Below, in pieces: positions 13,500 through 25,925 of a DNA stretch of 64,000 bases. The first letter of the stretch is position 1. The number at the start of each line of letters is the position of its first letter. A program made the translations under genes and the position numbers. Source of the stretch: Eutreptiella sp. 'Long Island Sound 2002' (taxonomy: Eukaryota > Protista > Euglenida); assembly GCA_964036045.1 (NCBI GenBank), contig OZ038378.1, forward strand, positions 17,670,001-17,734,000, in the 5' to 3' direction. A model generated the notes under the pieces. That model was not told the DNA's origin. It ran no database searches and saw only the letters and a program-made list of their open reading frames with translations.

Positions 13500-14700
13500 G
13501 CCGCAGGGGAATGTGCAACAGTGGTGGCAGCCATTAGGTCCACATTACAGAGTGCCAAACTGGAGCACTGATACCCAATCATCTACAGCAAAAATGGGTT
13601 GGGGCTTTCAGGGAGGCACTCAGGGCGACTCGCGCTGCACGCTTTGCATTGGCCCACAAGTCCCCCTGAGTTGTCAAATGGCGGGGCATGATATGATTGC
13701 ATTGTGCATCTATCTCGCTCTCCTCCACCTTCCAGACAATGGTGCACCCAGTGTGTGCCTCCTGGACAACATAACTGCACGTCGTGTTGAGAGTGCGGAG
13801 CGACAATCGAAGATTTCATTGGCGAAGGGTGGTGCAGTGCAGCCACAGCACACAGACCCATGTTGGTGTCCCTGTTTATTATGGGTGTATGCAGTGCAAA
13901 CACAGCTACACTACAGCCACGCTGGTCTCCCCATGGCCCTTGCGGCTAGTCATGCTTGCCACCGTAGCCACCATTTTGCGGTACGCCATGGGGGATGGTG
14001 TCGTCATGGTGGCGGGCCCGCACCCCGATATGGTGGGCAAAGCGCTGCCGGTGGCTATCCTCACGCCGCACGACTGGGGCGTGACGCCCGACATCGTCCT
14101 GCGCATGGGCGAACCGCCCTCGCAAAGGGGCGTAGCACTGGAGATGGTCCTGGTGCTGGGGACCACCGAGCGCACGTTGCTCGACGGCTTCACCCTCTAG
14201 CCCTTGGGTGAGGGCCTACTCCCGGCGTTCCTTGCAGGGCGAGCACCCGAAGGCCTTCTGCAGGCGCAGGCGCTCAGGGCCCTTTTCCCGGTAGATGACC
14301 CGGGGTCGGCGGAGCCACCCCTGAAAAAGCCCACCGGCATGCCGCACCAGGACATGGACTTGGACGTGGACCTTGAGGTCAGGGCAGACGACGACAACGA
14401 GTACCTTCTAAGCTGACCCCGCCCTCCCCCCTAACCCTCTGCAACGTGGCTGAGGCCATCCCCTCCCCCCACTTTCAACGTCAGTCGCGCCCCTGGTCGG
14501 GCGCTACCAACTGCCCGGGGCGGGGATCGCCAGCGCCTCCGAGAACGGCCCTAGTGTCACCCAACCGCTGAGGGGGCAAGGCCCGCCACCGTGGGCCAAG
14601 ACCCCGCCCCTGTGGGCACAACGAGCCGCTGTTGGCAACACAACGAGGCTCGCACCCCAGCACCAGCTTGCAGGACACTAGGCGCTCATGAGACGACGCC
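13500..14700 (+). mobile_element. Degenerate 3' portion of a retroelement, possibly a non-LTR element with restriction-like endonuclease
   Basis: ORFs 13784-14200 and 14204-14416 are the same frame split by one TAG. They contain DWGVTPDIVLRMGEPPSQRGVALEMV (PD...E spacing like RLE), preceded by Cys/His remnants and followed by a GC-rich UTR-like tract. No RT motif is visible. Confidence 0.3.
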
Positions 14701-15833
14701 ATATTCACCGCATGTCCCACTCAATGCTCGTGCAGAGCAGGAGGGTGCATGTGGTAGGGAGAGTGGGCATGATGCTCGTGACAGCAGACCACAGGGACAT
14801 GGGTGCATGGAGACCACCAGCAGCGACCCACAGGGCACACAGGAGGGCAACAGTGAAAGGGGGCGGGGGCACGCATTTTTGGAAATTTTTTGGGCAAGTG
14901 CCCAACGGAGGGGAACTGCCACCCTGGAGGGATGTTCGGGCAAGGCGCAGCATGGCCGTGGACCCGGGCGTGCCTTGGTTAGGGCGAGTGCGGTGGGGGC
15001 CCACTCTGCCAAGGACTGTGGGAGTGGCCACGGCAAGCACCGAGGGCGCCCCGCGTGGCAAGCGGGGCATGGCTTATCACTACCGGGGGCTGGCGCGGCC
15101 TAGGGGGACCAGTGGGAGGGGCCCGCCGTGGGCCTGGGTTGTGCATCATATGGGATGGCCTGCCGATATGCAATGTCGTTGGGAGCGCCATCGTGCGTCA
15201 CCCCAAGCGGCCTGTGAGCCTAAAGATCGGCCTCCAAATCCAAATCCAACTCCTCTACCTCCCCCCCTACCTCCCCAACAAACCCCCCATTGCCCCCCCC
15301 CCCCCCCACCCCACCTCCGAAGTAGGAGGGGAGGGGCGATCTCGTGCGATATGCGCACCAAGGTAAGGGGCCGGGCCTTGGATTCCCAGATCTTTGGGCA
15401 GCACTGCAGCCAGGCCCTGCATGACAAGTGGGCCCGAAAGATGCTTGACCCTGCTGATCCGCGCTGTTGTTCCTGCATAATATGGTTTTCCACACACGCA
15501 ACCACATGCATGCACAGGACACGCGCGTGCATGCACCAACAGCCCACCAGAATAAGAGACAGTGCACTGATACCGCACTTCTCAGGGTGCTTTTGTGCAA
15601 GGCATCCCAAGTGAAGGGCTCTGCCTGTGTCCGACTGCAGATCCAGTGCCTCCTGCTCGCGGAGTTTGATTTCAGTAAATGTCTGGGATCAACTCCCAAT
15701 CAACTGCAGTATTGTCTGGTACCAGGTGATAAGGTCATGGGGTGCAGTGCAGTTGTGGAATCGCGCGTTCCAATACCCATGCCTCTTGCGGTGCTCTTTG
15801 CAGTCCATTTCTTTTATCGATGGGGACTTGCAG

Positions 15834-16198
15834 CAGTGGCAACCGGTACACTTGCGTCTTCAAAAAAGGCTCCAAGTTCACGTGGACGCTCCCAGCCCTA
15901 GTGCGAGTCGACCAGGACGGTCAAATCGTGGACGACCCACGTGGTGATGAGACCACGTTGACCTGCGAAGGCACCAAGCTCACCTACACTTGGTTGGCGT
16001 ACGCCCCTGGGCGCACCACCGTGACCAAGGTGGATGGCGACGTCCTTACAGGCCCCATGAGTGGCTGCATCATTGCGAAGTGGGAAGATGCGCGTCATGC
16101 GCGCTGCGTTGGTCACGTAGGCACAGTCGATGGTAATGCCAGGACAAACGAGTTGGTGAAGACGACATTTGATAGGAACATGCCTGCCAACACAACCG
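15834..16198 (+). CDS. Exon encoding a CNF1/BLF1/CheD-fold-like deamidase catalytic region (partial gene)
   Basis: Coding-like stretch ...WLAYAPGRTTVTKVDGDVLTGPMSGCIIAKWEDARHARCVGHVGTVDG... Cys at 16066-16068 and His at 16114-16116 (16 residues apart). Candidate acceptor TTGCAG at 15833 and donor G|GTGTGC at 16199. Confidence 0.55.
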
Positions 16199-16579
16199 GT
16201 GTGCGGAGGGTCAGAAGGATACGTGTGCCTGTCCCTCCTGGAGCCCCGGGAACTTGAATTTTGGGGGTTGTGGGGTCAATGGAACCCGTTGCCGGGCCAA
16301 TCCCAACAAAAAGAGCTCTGTTGTCCCCCCAATCCATGCGGCCCAGTGCTTTCCGGCAGTTTCATGTGAGGTTGCATGTGAGTGCTTTGCTCACAAGATG
16401 GCCGTTTTGAACTAATTTCAGACTGCACCCAGCACACAGTGCACACAGTGCAAACGGCATACACCACCACCTGCTCATCCATATTGTGCAGTGTGAATTT
16501 TGCACGTAATGTGGCTTGTCTTGGCCAACCGTGAGGTATCCAAGTGCTCAGTTTTGTGAATATTGGGTTGCCAATGTGT

Positions 16580-16627
<48 letters not shown>

Positions 16628-16867
16628 TGTAGGTTGCATAATTTGGACATTAAGACACGACCTCCTCCGTAGGTGAATTTTGGTCTGTTGGTGGTGCAGC
16701 ACAGTTTCGGAAGCAGGGCAGGGATCAAGGGAAGAACTGTGACCGAACCCGACGCTGCACTTTACATCATTTGTCAACAGACCGAAAGACGTCTAGGGCT
16801 GCCCTGCAGCTCCTGCGGAGTTTTCTTTCACCGCTTTTCTTGCTCTGTTCTTGTTTTTGCGGTTCTT

Positions 16868-17181
<314 letters not shown>

Positions 17182-17399
17182 GTTATTGTTATTGTTATTG
17201 TTATTGTCTGAGCGGTGTATGTTTAGGGAGGTATTCCCCAAGGGAGAATGGCAGTCACCTCCCGTATGACGGCGTGAGCTATATGTGCCACGCGCTCGGG
17301 AGGACTACGCACCCCCACCGCCGGCCCCCGTACCTCGTACTGGCCCCTTTTGGCGGCCGCGGGGTGGCTTGCCCGCTGCTTTTGCCTTCGGATGGATGT

Positions 17400-19340
17400 C
17401 AGGAATGTCTTTGGGTGATAATCTGGGCATGCATTGGGTGATCGATTTTTACTGCATATAGTCTGTGGTCGTGGTTTGGTGCTCATTTTGTTACTCTGTT
17501 TGGGTTTCTGGTTTTTTTTTTTAGAAAAGGGGGTGGGGGGGGTTTGCCAACTCTCTATTGATACTTTGAGGATTGTGGGGCACGGCACGTCCAAGGGCAT
17601 CGCATGCATTGCACGTTAAACATCATATTCGTTTGCACACTTGATTCTCATCATGCTGCTTTTGCTTTCTTGTGGATGGGTGATGTGTAATAATCTGAGC
17701 ATGTACATTGCATTTCAGACTTGGGTATTGATTTTTTCTGCATGTGGTCTGTGGTTATGATTTGATGCTTGGGTTGGGTTTCTGATTTCTCTGTGGATAT
17801 GCTTGTATGTCTTGTTACTTTGTTTCATATGTGATGGCTGGTGTTGCAATGGGGGGAAGGAGAAAGGAGGGGGGGGGGGGGTTGCCAATTCTCTATTGAT
17901 GCATCGAGGATTGGAGGGCATGGCACGTCAGGGAGCATCGCACACATTGCACGTTGAACATTATTTTCGTTTGCACACTTGATTCTCATCACGCTTCTTT
18001 TGCCTTCTGATGGTTGGGTAATGGGTAATAATTTGAGTATGCTCATTGCATTTCTGACTTGGGTATTGATTTTGACTGCATGTGGTCTGTGGTTGTGGTT
18101 TGGTGCTTGGGTTGGGTCTCAGATTTTTCTGCAGATATGCTTGTATATTTTGTTACTTTGTTTCATATGTGATGGCTGGTGTTGCTATTGGGGGGAGAGA
18201 AAAGAGGGGAGGGAGGTTTGCCAACTCTCTATTGAAACATTGAGGATTGGGGGGCACGGTACGTCAGGGAGCATCGCACGCATTGCACGTTGAACATCAT
18301 ATTCGTTTGCACACTTGATTCTCATCATGGTTTGAACAAGGAGTCTGAGGCATCATCAGTCATTCTTTGGGGATTGGGTCAGGCATGTGCATTGTCTTTG
18401 AGTTCGTGGGTCAACTTGATTAGCAAATGGAGGGTTGCATCAGTAGAAAAATGGGCACATGAGAGCATTCTTTCTGCACCTGTTCCTATTATTGGAGTGG
18501 GTCAGCTGGTTTGTGAGGTGGGGATGGTTGAATCTGATGGTGGTGCCATGCTTCCTTTGCATTCATGGATGCGTATCTGGTACATTGGCACACTCATTCT
18601 GAAGGCATCTTCTATTGGCAAGGACTCTGTGAGATTAGCACGAAGTGGGTTGAATCAGGTGGGGTTGCAACAATTCTTTGGCACTTGAGCGCATGTTTCC
18701 GATTCTTTGGCGTTTTCGTAAGCAATTCTTTCATCGGTTTTGGGTGTATTGATTCATTTTGGAAGTCTCCGAGAAGCAGCATCAATTGGCAGAGAATGAG
18801 ATGAGTCGGATGGGGTTGCAACATTTCTTTGGCACTCACGATCATGTTCCCGATTCTTTGACACACTCGTGCACAATTCTTTCACTGGTCTTGAGAGCAG
18901 GAGTTCATTTTGAGATCGGGGAGCAGCATCGGTTAGCAGGGGATGGGATAGAGCAGAGAGTGGGACCGAGCATGATTAGCACGCAGTGGGTTAAATCAGG
19001 TGGGGTTGCAACAATTCTTTGACAGTGGAGAGCACGTTTCCAATTCTTTGGTACTTTCGTACGCAATTCTTTCATCGGTTTTGGGTGTGTTGATTCCTTT
19101 TGAGAATCTCCAGCATCAATTGGCAACGGATGAGATGAATCGGATGGGGTTGCAACATTTCTTTGGCATGCAAGATCCTGGCCCTGATTCTTTGACACAC
19201 TTGTGCTCAATTCTTTCATAGGTCTTGAGGGCGTGAGTTCATTTTGAGATTAGTGGGGGAGCAGCATTGATTAGCAGGGGATGGGTTGGAGCGGAGAGAG
19301 GGACCGAGCATGATTCGTTCACAGAGTGAGTTTGATGTTC
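17400..19340 (-). repeat. Repetitive 3'UTR of copy A (about 340-bp units at about 17570/17920/18250; further duplicated units 18630-19220)
   Basis: gcatcgca...ttgcacgtt.aacat...ttcgtttgcacacttgattctcatca occurs three times; gggttgcaaca.ttcttt blocks recur. Confidence 0.75.
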
Positions 19341-20371
19341 TTTTCTTTACTCTGAGTCCCAATACTCCGAGTCGTCAGATTCTACGATTGACTCTGGGGC
19401 AGATTCGCTGGCAGAGGATGAGACTTCATCCCAATTGGGAGGTGGCGGCTCAGGGTCGTGTTGTTGATCGTGTGAATTGCATGGCCATTCGTCTTGTAGC
19501 AGGACAAGCGTGAGTCTGGGTGTTAGAGAGAGTAGCAGTTCTCTGCTGAACATGATGTACAACTCATCTGTGGCACGAAAAGTTATCATGCTGGTTCTGA
19601 TCTGCTCATTCTGCGGGGACATCATGGAGATGTATACTGCTTGAGGATCATGTTCAGTTCTAGGGCAGGCAATGCACGCATGAAAGGATGTGGGGTTGAG
19701 TGTGGGAGTAAGCAGGTTCAGTGGGACTGGGTTCATCGCTTCTTGATGAGGTTGTGCACTGCGGCCTACAAAATTGTATGCTGCAGCAATGACGGAGTGA
19801 TTCCATTGCGGGTTGAGCACGGGCCATCCTACTGGATCTGATTCTTTCAGCAGGTTCTCTCTCCGGATCAGTGGCGGCCAGCGTCGTCTTCTTCCTAGCC
19901 CATTCAGATACTTTGCACTCAAAGTGGTCGCCTCCTCGGTTGATAGAGAAGCTTCTTTTGATCGCAGCACTATTCCTGACCATGTGATGCATGTACTCAG
20001 AGCGGACCATTGTTCTGCATTCTCAATGAGGAAATCCGGCACCAAGCCCCATTCTTGTTGATCTCCTTCTTGAAGTGTTGCAAAGTGAGCTGGGGATTTC
20101 CATTCCACGGGGGGGCCGCCGGGACCGGACCCTTTACGCCGACTCCCCCCCCCCCCCTCCCTGCCGGGTTTTGGCCCGGAAGTGCCGGACCATGGGCGCC
20201 GAAGGCGCCCTAAGGAAATTTTGCCTGACTTAGTAGAGGGTGAAAAATTGGGGTTTTGCCCCATGTGTCTATACTCAAAATACTCAGTTTCTTTAGGAGA
20301 ACCCAATAGTGGATGAAAACCAAATTGGACCAAATATCCATACCACTCCTGTGCAGAGGTATGTCAGAGAT

Positions 20372-20441
20372 GGGCCCTACCCTAGTGGTAAAGCAGTGCC
20401 CTGCAACTTGAAAGTCCTGGGTTCAAATCCAAGTGGTGTCA
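20372..20441 (+). ncRNA. tRNA-Cys(GCA)-like sequence (pseudo-tRNA/SINE head) inside the MITE
   Basis: A-box-like TAGTGGTAAAGC, anticodon loop CTGCAAC, B-box GGTTCAAATCC; acceptor and anticodon stems do not pair properly. Confidence 0.6.
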
Positions 20442-20619
20442 ATCTGCAGGACCATAGGCAGGTCCAGGGATACCATGGGAAAGTTTTTTTTTTGCTTTTT
20501 TTTTGTTTTCACTTTATCCTCTTTGTTTGGGACCCCCGAGAATGCACGATTTCTGCCCACCTGTGGGCCTCCCAGAAGGCAGGGTTTAGGCATCCAATTC
20601 TCATTTTGTCCCCCTTGGT

Positions 20620-20830
20620 GATGTAGCATTATCGCCCACTTGTGGGCCCCACCTATTCTGATTTTGTCCCCCTCTCTTTGGGGATCCCCGAGAATGCAGG
20701 GGTGATGTAGCATTTCCGCCCACTTGTGGGCCCCACCTATTTTGATTTTGTCCCCCTCTCTTTGGGGATCCCCGAGAATGCAGGGGTGATGTAGCATTTC
20801 CGCCCACTTGTGGGCCTCCCAAAAGGCAGG
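20620..20830. repeat. About 80-bp tandem repeats inside the MITE
   Basis: ggtgatgtagcatt.ccgcccacttgtgggccccacctatt.tgattttgtccccctctctttggggatccccgagaatgcagg repeated about 2.5 times; related motifs also at about 4780-4930. Confidence 0.8.
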
Positions 20831-23800
20831 GTTTAGGCAACCAATTCTGATTTCGGAACGGGTTTCGGAACATACATCAACTCTGCCCTAAAAACAAGCA
20901 CGGTTTGGCCTGGGTGGGGCGCCACTAGCAATAGTGGCCGGGAATGGACTCGGGGGTGCTATGCCCTTAAACAAAAGTACCACCTACCATGCCCCCACCC
21001 CCCCCCTGTTTCAAAAAATTTTCTCCAACATACATGCTTCGAAGTGATTACCGCGTTGAGGCGGTCATCTCATGCCATGTTTGTCAGGCTATGAAGCCCC
21101 CCCCCCCCCCCCCCCCTTCTTGGCAGCCCCCCCCCAGACCCCCCCCCCCCCCCCGCCCTGAAAATGGTCCGAGAGTGGGAGGGAGTCGGCGTATGGCCCG
21201 TCGCTACGGCCCCCCCGTGTTCCATTCCACTGTGTGTCCCAATGATGCCAGATGGCGGGCAATTTCTGTGAATGACCACATACATAGCATGGGAAGAATT
21301 AGACACGACCATTGCATGTGAGTGCCCCATCCTGTGTCCAAAGAGCGGCAGAAAGCACAAGAGAATTCTTCTTTCGTTCCTTCGTGACAGTACGGTATGG
21401 TTCGTATCCAGTAGGCCACTGTGAGCCCTTCATTCGTATACTTTCCTTGAGTGACTCCTCCGCGCCATATTACTTTGCTTCTGGGATCTCCGAGATGAAA
21501 GTCTGGGCGTAAGGAGCTGTTGTAGGCTTCGTCGAGAACATGCACCACGTTAGCTGCAAGTGTGCCATGATGAAGGCAGAGCATCGTGTCGTCTAGAGAT
21601 TCTGGCATGGGTACTTGTCCTGCAATTGCATTCTTCAGGGCATGCTTGGCCGTGTCGTCAGTGTCCTTCTGCCATAAAGCGACTTGTGTCTTGCTTTTGG
21701 TGTTGTGCTGGGCCGGGATATAGAATTCTGGTGCGTGGTTCTCACTCAGGAATGTGGCATATTGAAGTCGGTAGCCGTCTATCCAGGCACATTTGGAGGG
21801 TTTGCCACCATCTATTGCTGCGAGATTGTCCGAGATGGCTCCAAGCACTTGATGTGGGTTGATGTCGTACTTTTTCAGTAGCAGATAGGCAAGGAAATTG
21901 CCGCACCACTCTACCACCCAGCTGCTGCCGCCTTTGCTTTGCACTTTGGAATATGCTCTTATGGCTACTCCTTGCTCATCAATCACCAACGCTGACCACG
22001 CATGATCGTCTTCTTTCTTGGCCCCATGAGACATCAGGATGATTCCGCCTCTTGGAGAGTGGATCACTTCGATTGCAATGGGGGATTCTGTAAGGTCGTA
22101 CGGTAGGTGGAATGAGATGCCGTAGCTAGCCATCCATTGTTGCGTTGTGATCCAGTCTGGGTGGGTTGGCACTTGCTGTGACGGGTACAGCATGATGGTG
22201 CGGACTGTTTCCCTGGTGTAGATGCTTCTGCTGTTACACGCAGTGAAGAGGCCCTTGATGTATTGCAGCTGGAGGCGGGTGAAGATGTGGGGGACTGCAA
22301 AGCCTAGATCGTCTATGCTGGCCCATAGCATCTTGTTGGGGGTGCGCACTAGAATGCAGAGTGTTTTGCAGGCTATTCTTTTGATCTGTATCTGCTAGGG
22401 TTGTACTTGTTCTGCTCGTGCTGGCATGGCAGAGAAGACGTATTCCACCACTGAGATCGTGTAGGTGATAAGAATTCGGAGGACTAGTATCAGTGAGGGT
22501 TGGAGTCTTCCCAGTGATCCTTGCAGTACTTTGAGGCGTGTGGTGAACTTATCAATGGCCGTTTGCGGCTGCTCATTGGGCATGAGAGGTATCCCGGTCA
22601 TTTTTAGGCCTGAACATTGCAGGTTGAACTTATCTTGCATCGTGTCCACCGTGTCCTCGATGTACTTTAGTTCTCACGGGTTCTTGGGTTCTACTCCAAA
22701 TATCTGCACCTATTTGCATTGAGGGGAACCTCCTGTCGACCAGCATCCTTGATTGAAGACATGAAACATGTGGGCAGCGTCTTCCAAGGTAGAGGTGAAT
22801 CCTCTGCGGTCGTCACTGTATACAATCTCCAATACTTTGATGCTGCTGTTCCACGGGGCTGGGAGGCATTTGAAGGCATGTTTTGGTGCTCTGCTGGAGA
22901 GATCTGATGGGTTGCGCTGTTGACTCGGGACTCCTTTGTGAAACCTGGTTCGGGCACGGGTGGTGGTTGCGTATAGGCCCACTCCCATGGAGTCTCCTTG
23001 CGATCCTCCGTGACGCATGCAGTATGGTTCTGTCAATCCGAATGGTGAGACAACATAGATACGGAAGGATCCAAAGAACTGTTCTGCCCGGCGTTCTACT
23101 TGAAGCGCTTCTCTGGGGAATAGTTTATCCATGTCGTGTCTGATGGTGTTGCAGAAGGCATTGCTTTCATCCCAATCAATGATGAACACTTTACCGTTGG
23201 TATGGGCATACCACCATGTGAGCCATCTGCAGGTGATCGCGCACATCTGGGGTGATAACTGCTTTCTGTAGGCATAGTGGGACGGGGGTGTCCATTGGAA
23301 CCATTCTGAGCGCTCTTGTTGACGCAGGAAGACGTTGCTGGATTCAAGACGGCGTAGGTAGGGTTCAAGCAGAATGGGTCTGCTATTGGGTATGAGCCAG
23401 GAGGGTTCTTTCTTCTTTAGACATAGGTGACGTACTGCACATAGGAGTTGACAGCGACTGCCGTTAGCGAACGCTGTGAGCAGTGTGGAGATCAGTAGCA
23501 GACTGAATCCGTCTAGGAGACTCACCAGAGCATGGGGAAGCTGCTCCAGTGAAGTGGCTTCCGAAGATGGGCGACCGACTAATGCAGTGAGTTCATGGAA
23601 GTTCGGAGTTTGACCTGCTGCATCGTCGATGGGAAGGCCTGTTCGGGTTCTTTTGAGTCTGTGCATGTGGGCGATGAAGTCAACCGTATCTTCAGGTTGG
23701 TCTGTGTCCAGTTCCATGCCTTTCTTGAGGTGCTCATAATCCAATTGGATTCCCGGACGCCCGCTGTACAGTTCTTTGGCTTGACGCAGCATTTCTTCCT

Positions 23801-25925
23801 GAAATTCTTCTTTGTCTAGGGGAAAATACTTGCCATCAGCACTGATCTGGTCCACGACTTGGAATTTGTTCTTTTTTACTTTGATGGCATGAGTTGTTGC
23901 TGATGTGATGGACACCCCTTGCAGTTTCTCCAGTGGGATGGGCAGCTTGGATGCCATGGCCTTGTTGTTTCGGTTTTCCCACCACTGGGTAACTGCCACT
24001 GAATTTCTTCCATCATGCGCTTGAAGTGCAGCCGCCATTACTTTGGCATCTGCTGCCGTCAAGGAGACGTGGGATTTTCTGCGGGGAATTATACCATCCA
24101 TTACCACGAAGTACATGTGCATGACGGCTGTGGGGGACCATTCTGTGATGTTGGCCCATGCGAATAACAGTGAGCAGATGTTCGCAATCTCTTGAAATTC
24201 TTTCTGGTTCAGGTGTCGGAAGTCGTACCTGCGTTGAGATGGATCTGCCGGTTTCATCTGCTCGCTGTCCACCACTAGGAAGTATTGCTGCACTCGGTGA
24301 GAGCTGAGGCCTGGCAGTTGTTCTCTGGTGCACGCTACACACGGGGTACTGTTGTGAGTGAACATCCAATCGATTTCTTTCTCCGAGAGTCCTCTTTTGG
24401 TCAGCACTTGATTGGTGGGGTGGCCTGTAGCGTATGGACAGTTGAATTCTTTCCATTCTTTTGAGAGTGTTTTCTTCAGCCAGCCACGCTTGCCGCGCAT
24501 GACATCGTCATTCAAATCTCCTTGTATGAATGTGATCGTTGCTTTTGCTTTTGTGAGGAAGGACGCCACAGCCTTGCTGTGTTCTTCTCTACTGGTTGGG
24601 CAAATGCCGGGAGGGAAGTGGACTTATGCTACCGCTATGGAAGTCGGTAGTCCTGGGTTAATGAGGACGCAGAGGGAGTGCTTTCGGACATCTGTCTTCC
24701 ATTTCTTTTTCGAGAGCCTTCTCGTGTGCACTAGGATAACCAGGCCGCCGCCTTTGTATGGATCTGAGGCAACGTGTTGGTAAGGGAGTCCGTTGAGCCA
24801 TCCTTCTGGCATGAGAGCCCATGTTTCTTGAAGGCAGACGATGTCCGGCATTCCCAGGATTAGATAACAGTACAGCTGATGCAGCTTTTTCTCGAGACTT
24901 CCACAATTGATGCCCATGATCTGTAAGTCCACCCACTCAGGGATGTTTGGGTTGATCGCGGGTGGTATCATGGTGCTGACTTCTTGGTGCATTTGTGCGT
25001 ATGCACGTTGAATGTGCGGGTGAACATCATTGGGAAGTGAGGGTTGGCATGGCCACATTCTGCTGTCGGTGATCGGGAAAACTCCTTCGAGCTTGAATGT
25101 TCCCAAGTGTGTAATGCTGCGTGTCGCCATTTCAGCTGATATACTTTCTTGCTTGGGAAGGTGCGAGCAGGCACTGATGTGGGGCTGTTTCTGTTGATGG
25201 GGGGTTGTCAAATGCAACTTCATGTGGTAACCTGACAGTTTTCCACATTGACGACATTCTGGGCCGTCCGACCATGAAATTGTGTCCTTTGGATCATATT
25301 CTTGGGCGCTGATCATGATGTATCTGCCTTGAGATTGGAATTGTTGTACCCGTGTTTTTTCTCGGAAGAGTCGGGCATCAGGTGGGATGATTGTCCGGCA
25401 CTAGAGGAGTAGGACAGAGTCACAGGACACTATTGGGTAGGACGGGGTGAAAGTCTTGTTGTACTGGTTCTCTGATTCCACGTATGCTTGAAGCCATGCA
25501 TGGATGATTCGAGACTGACGGAGCACTACTGCTGGGGGTACTCCTTCAAGATTGGGGATTCTTGTGATGCGATACAGTAGCTCGACTGCTGCCTCTTCTT
25601 CTGGGTTTGCTTGATGACAGGGTATGCTATACAGTGCTGGGTTGGGACAGTTGCACGAGGCTGTTGCTTCATGTGAAGCCGGAGTTCCACATCATGTACA
25701 TACATATAGTAGGGTTGTGTGTTTTGGGGTTGCTGTGGTGTTTTGAGATTGTGGCTGGAGGGGGTCATGATTGAGATCTGTTGAGCATTTGGTGGATTAG
25801 TTGTGTAAGTCTGTCAGGGATGCATCAGCGGTTCTCTTGTTGAGTGATCCGTGAGGTAGCAAGTTATCAGTGTAACGTATGATTAGTGCAGAGCACGATG
25901 TGGATTTGGGGAGGGCAAGGGTAAT

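Larger units (their letters stand above)
20106..21219. mobile_element. Non-autonomous hAT-like DNA transposon (MITE), 1114 bp
   Basis: 8-bp TSD TTCCATTC at 20098-20105 and 21220-21227; copy B has the empty site (gatttccattccactgtg near 39750); imperfect TIRs CACGGGGGG(G)CCG...ACGCCGACTCCC at both ends. Confidence 0.85.
19347..25316 (-). pseudogene. ORF2 of copy A: APE endonuclease, reverse transcriptase, RNase H-like, CCHC knuckle, acidic C-terminus
   Basis: APE: INCGSL...CLQETW...GGGLVILVH...GDLND...EIDWMF...SSH. RT: NSRPILL, WDESNAFC, GGSQGDS, YSDD. RNH-like: MSHGAKK...VEW...ISDN. CAFC-x9-H-x4-C. Broken by a frameshift near 24620, stops at 22710 and 22395, and the MITE. Confidence 0.9.

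Noticed and set aside
20372-20441. Functional tRNA genes here and at 35889-35960
   Set aside because: Acceptor and anticodon stems do not pair; treated as SINE or pseudo-tRNA heads.
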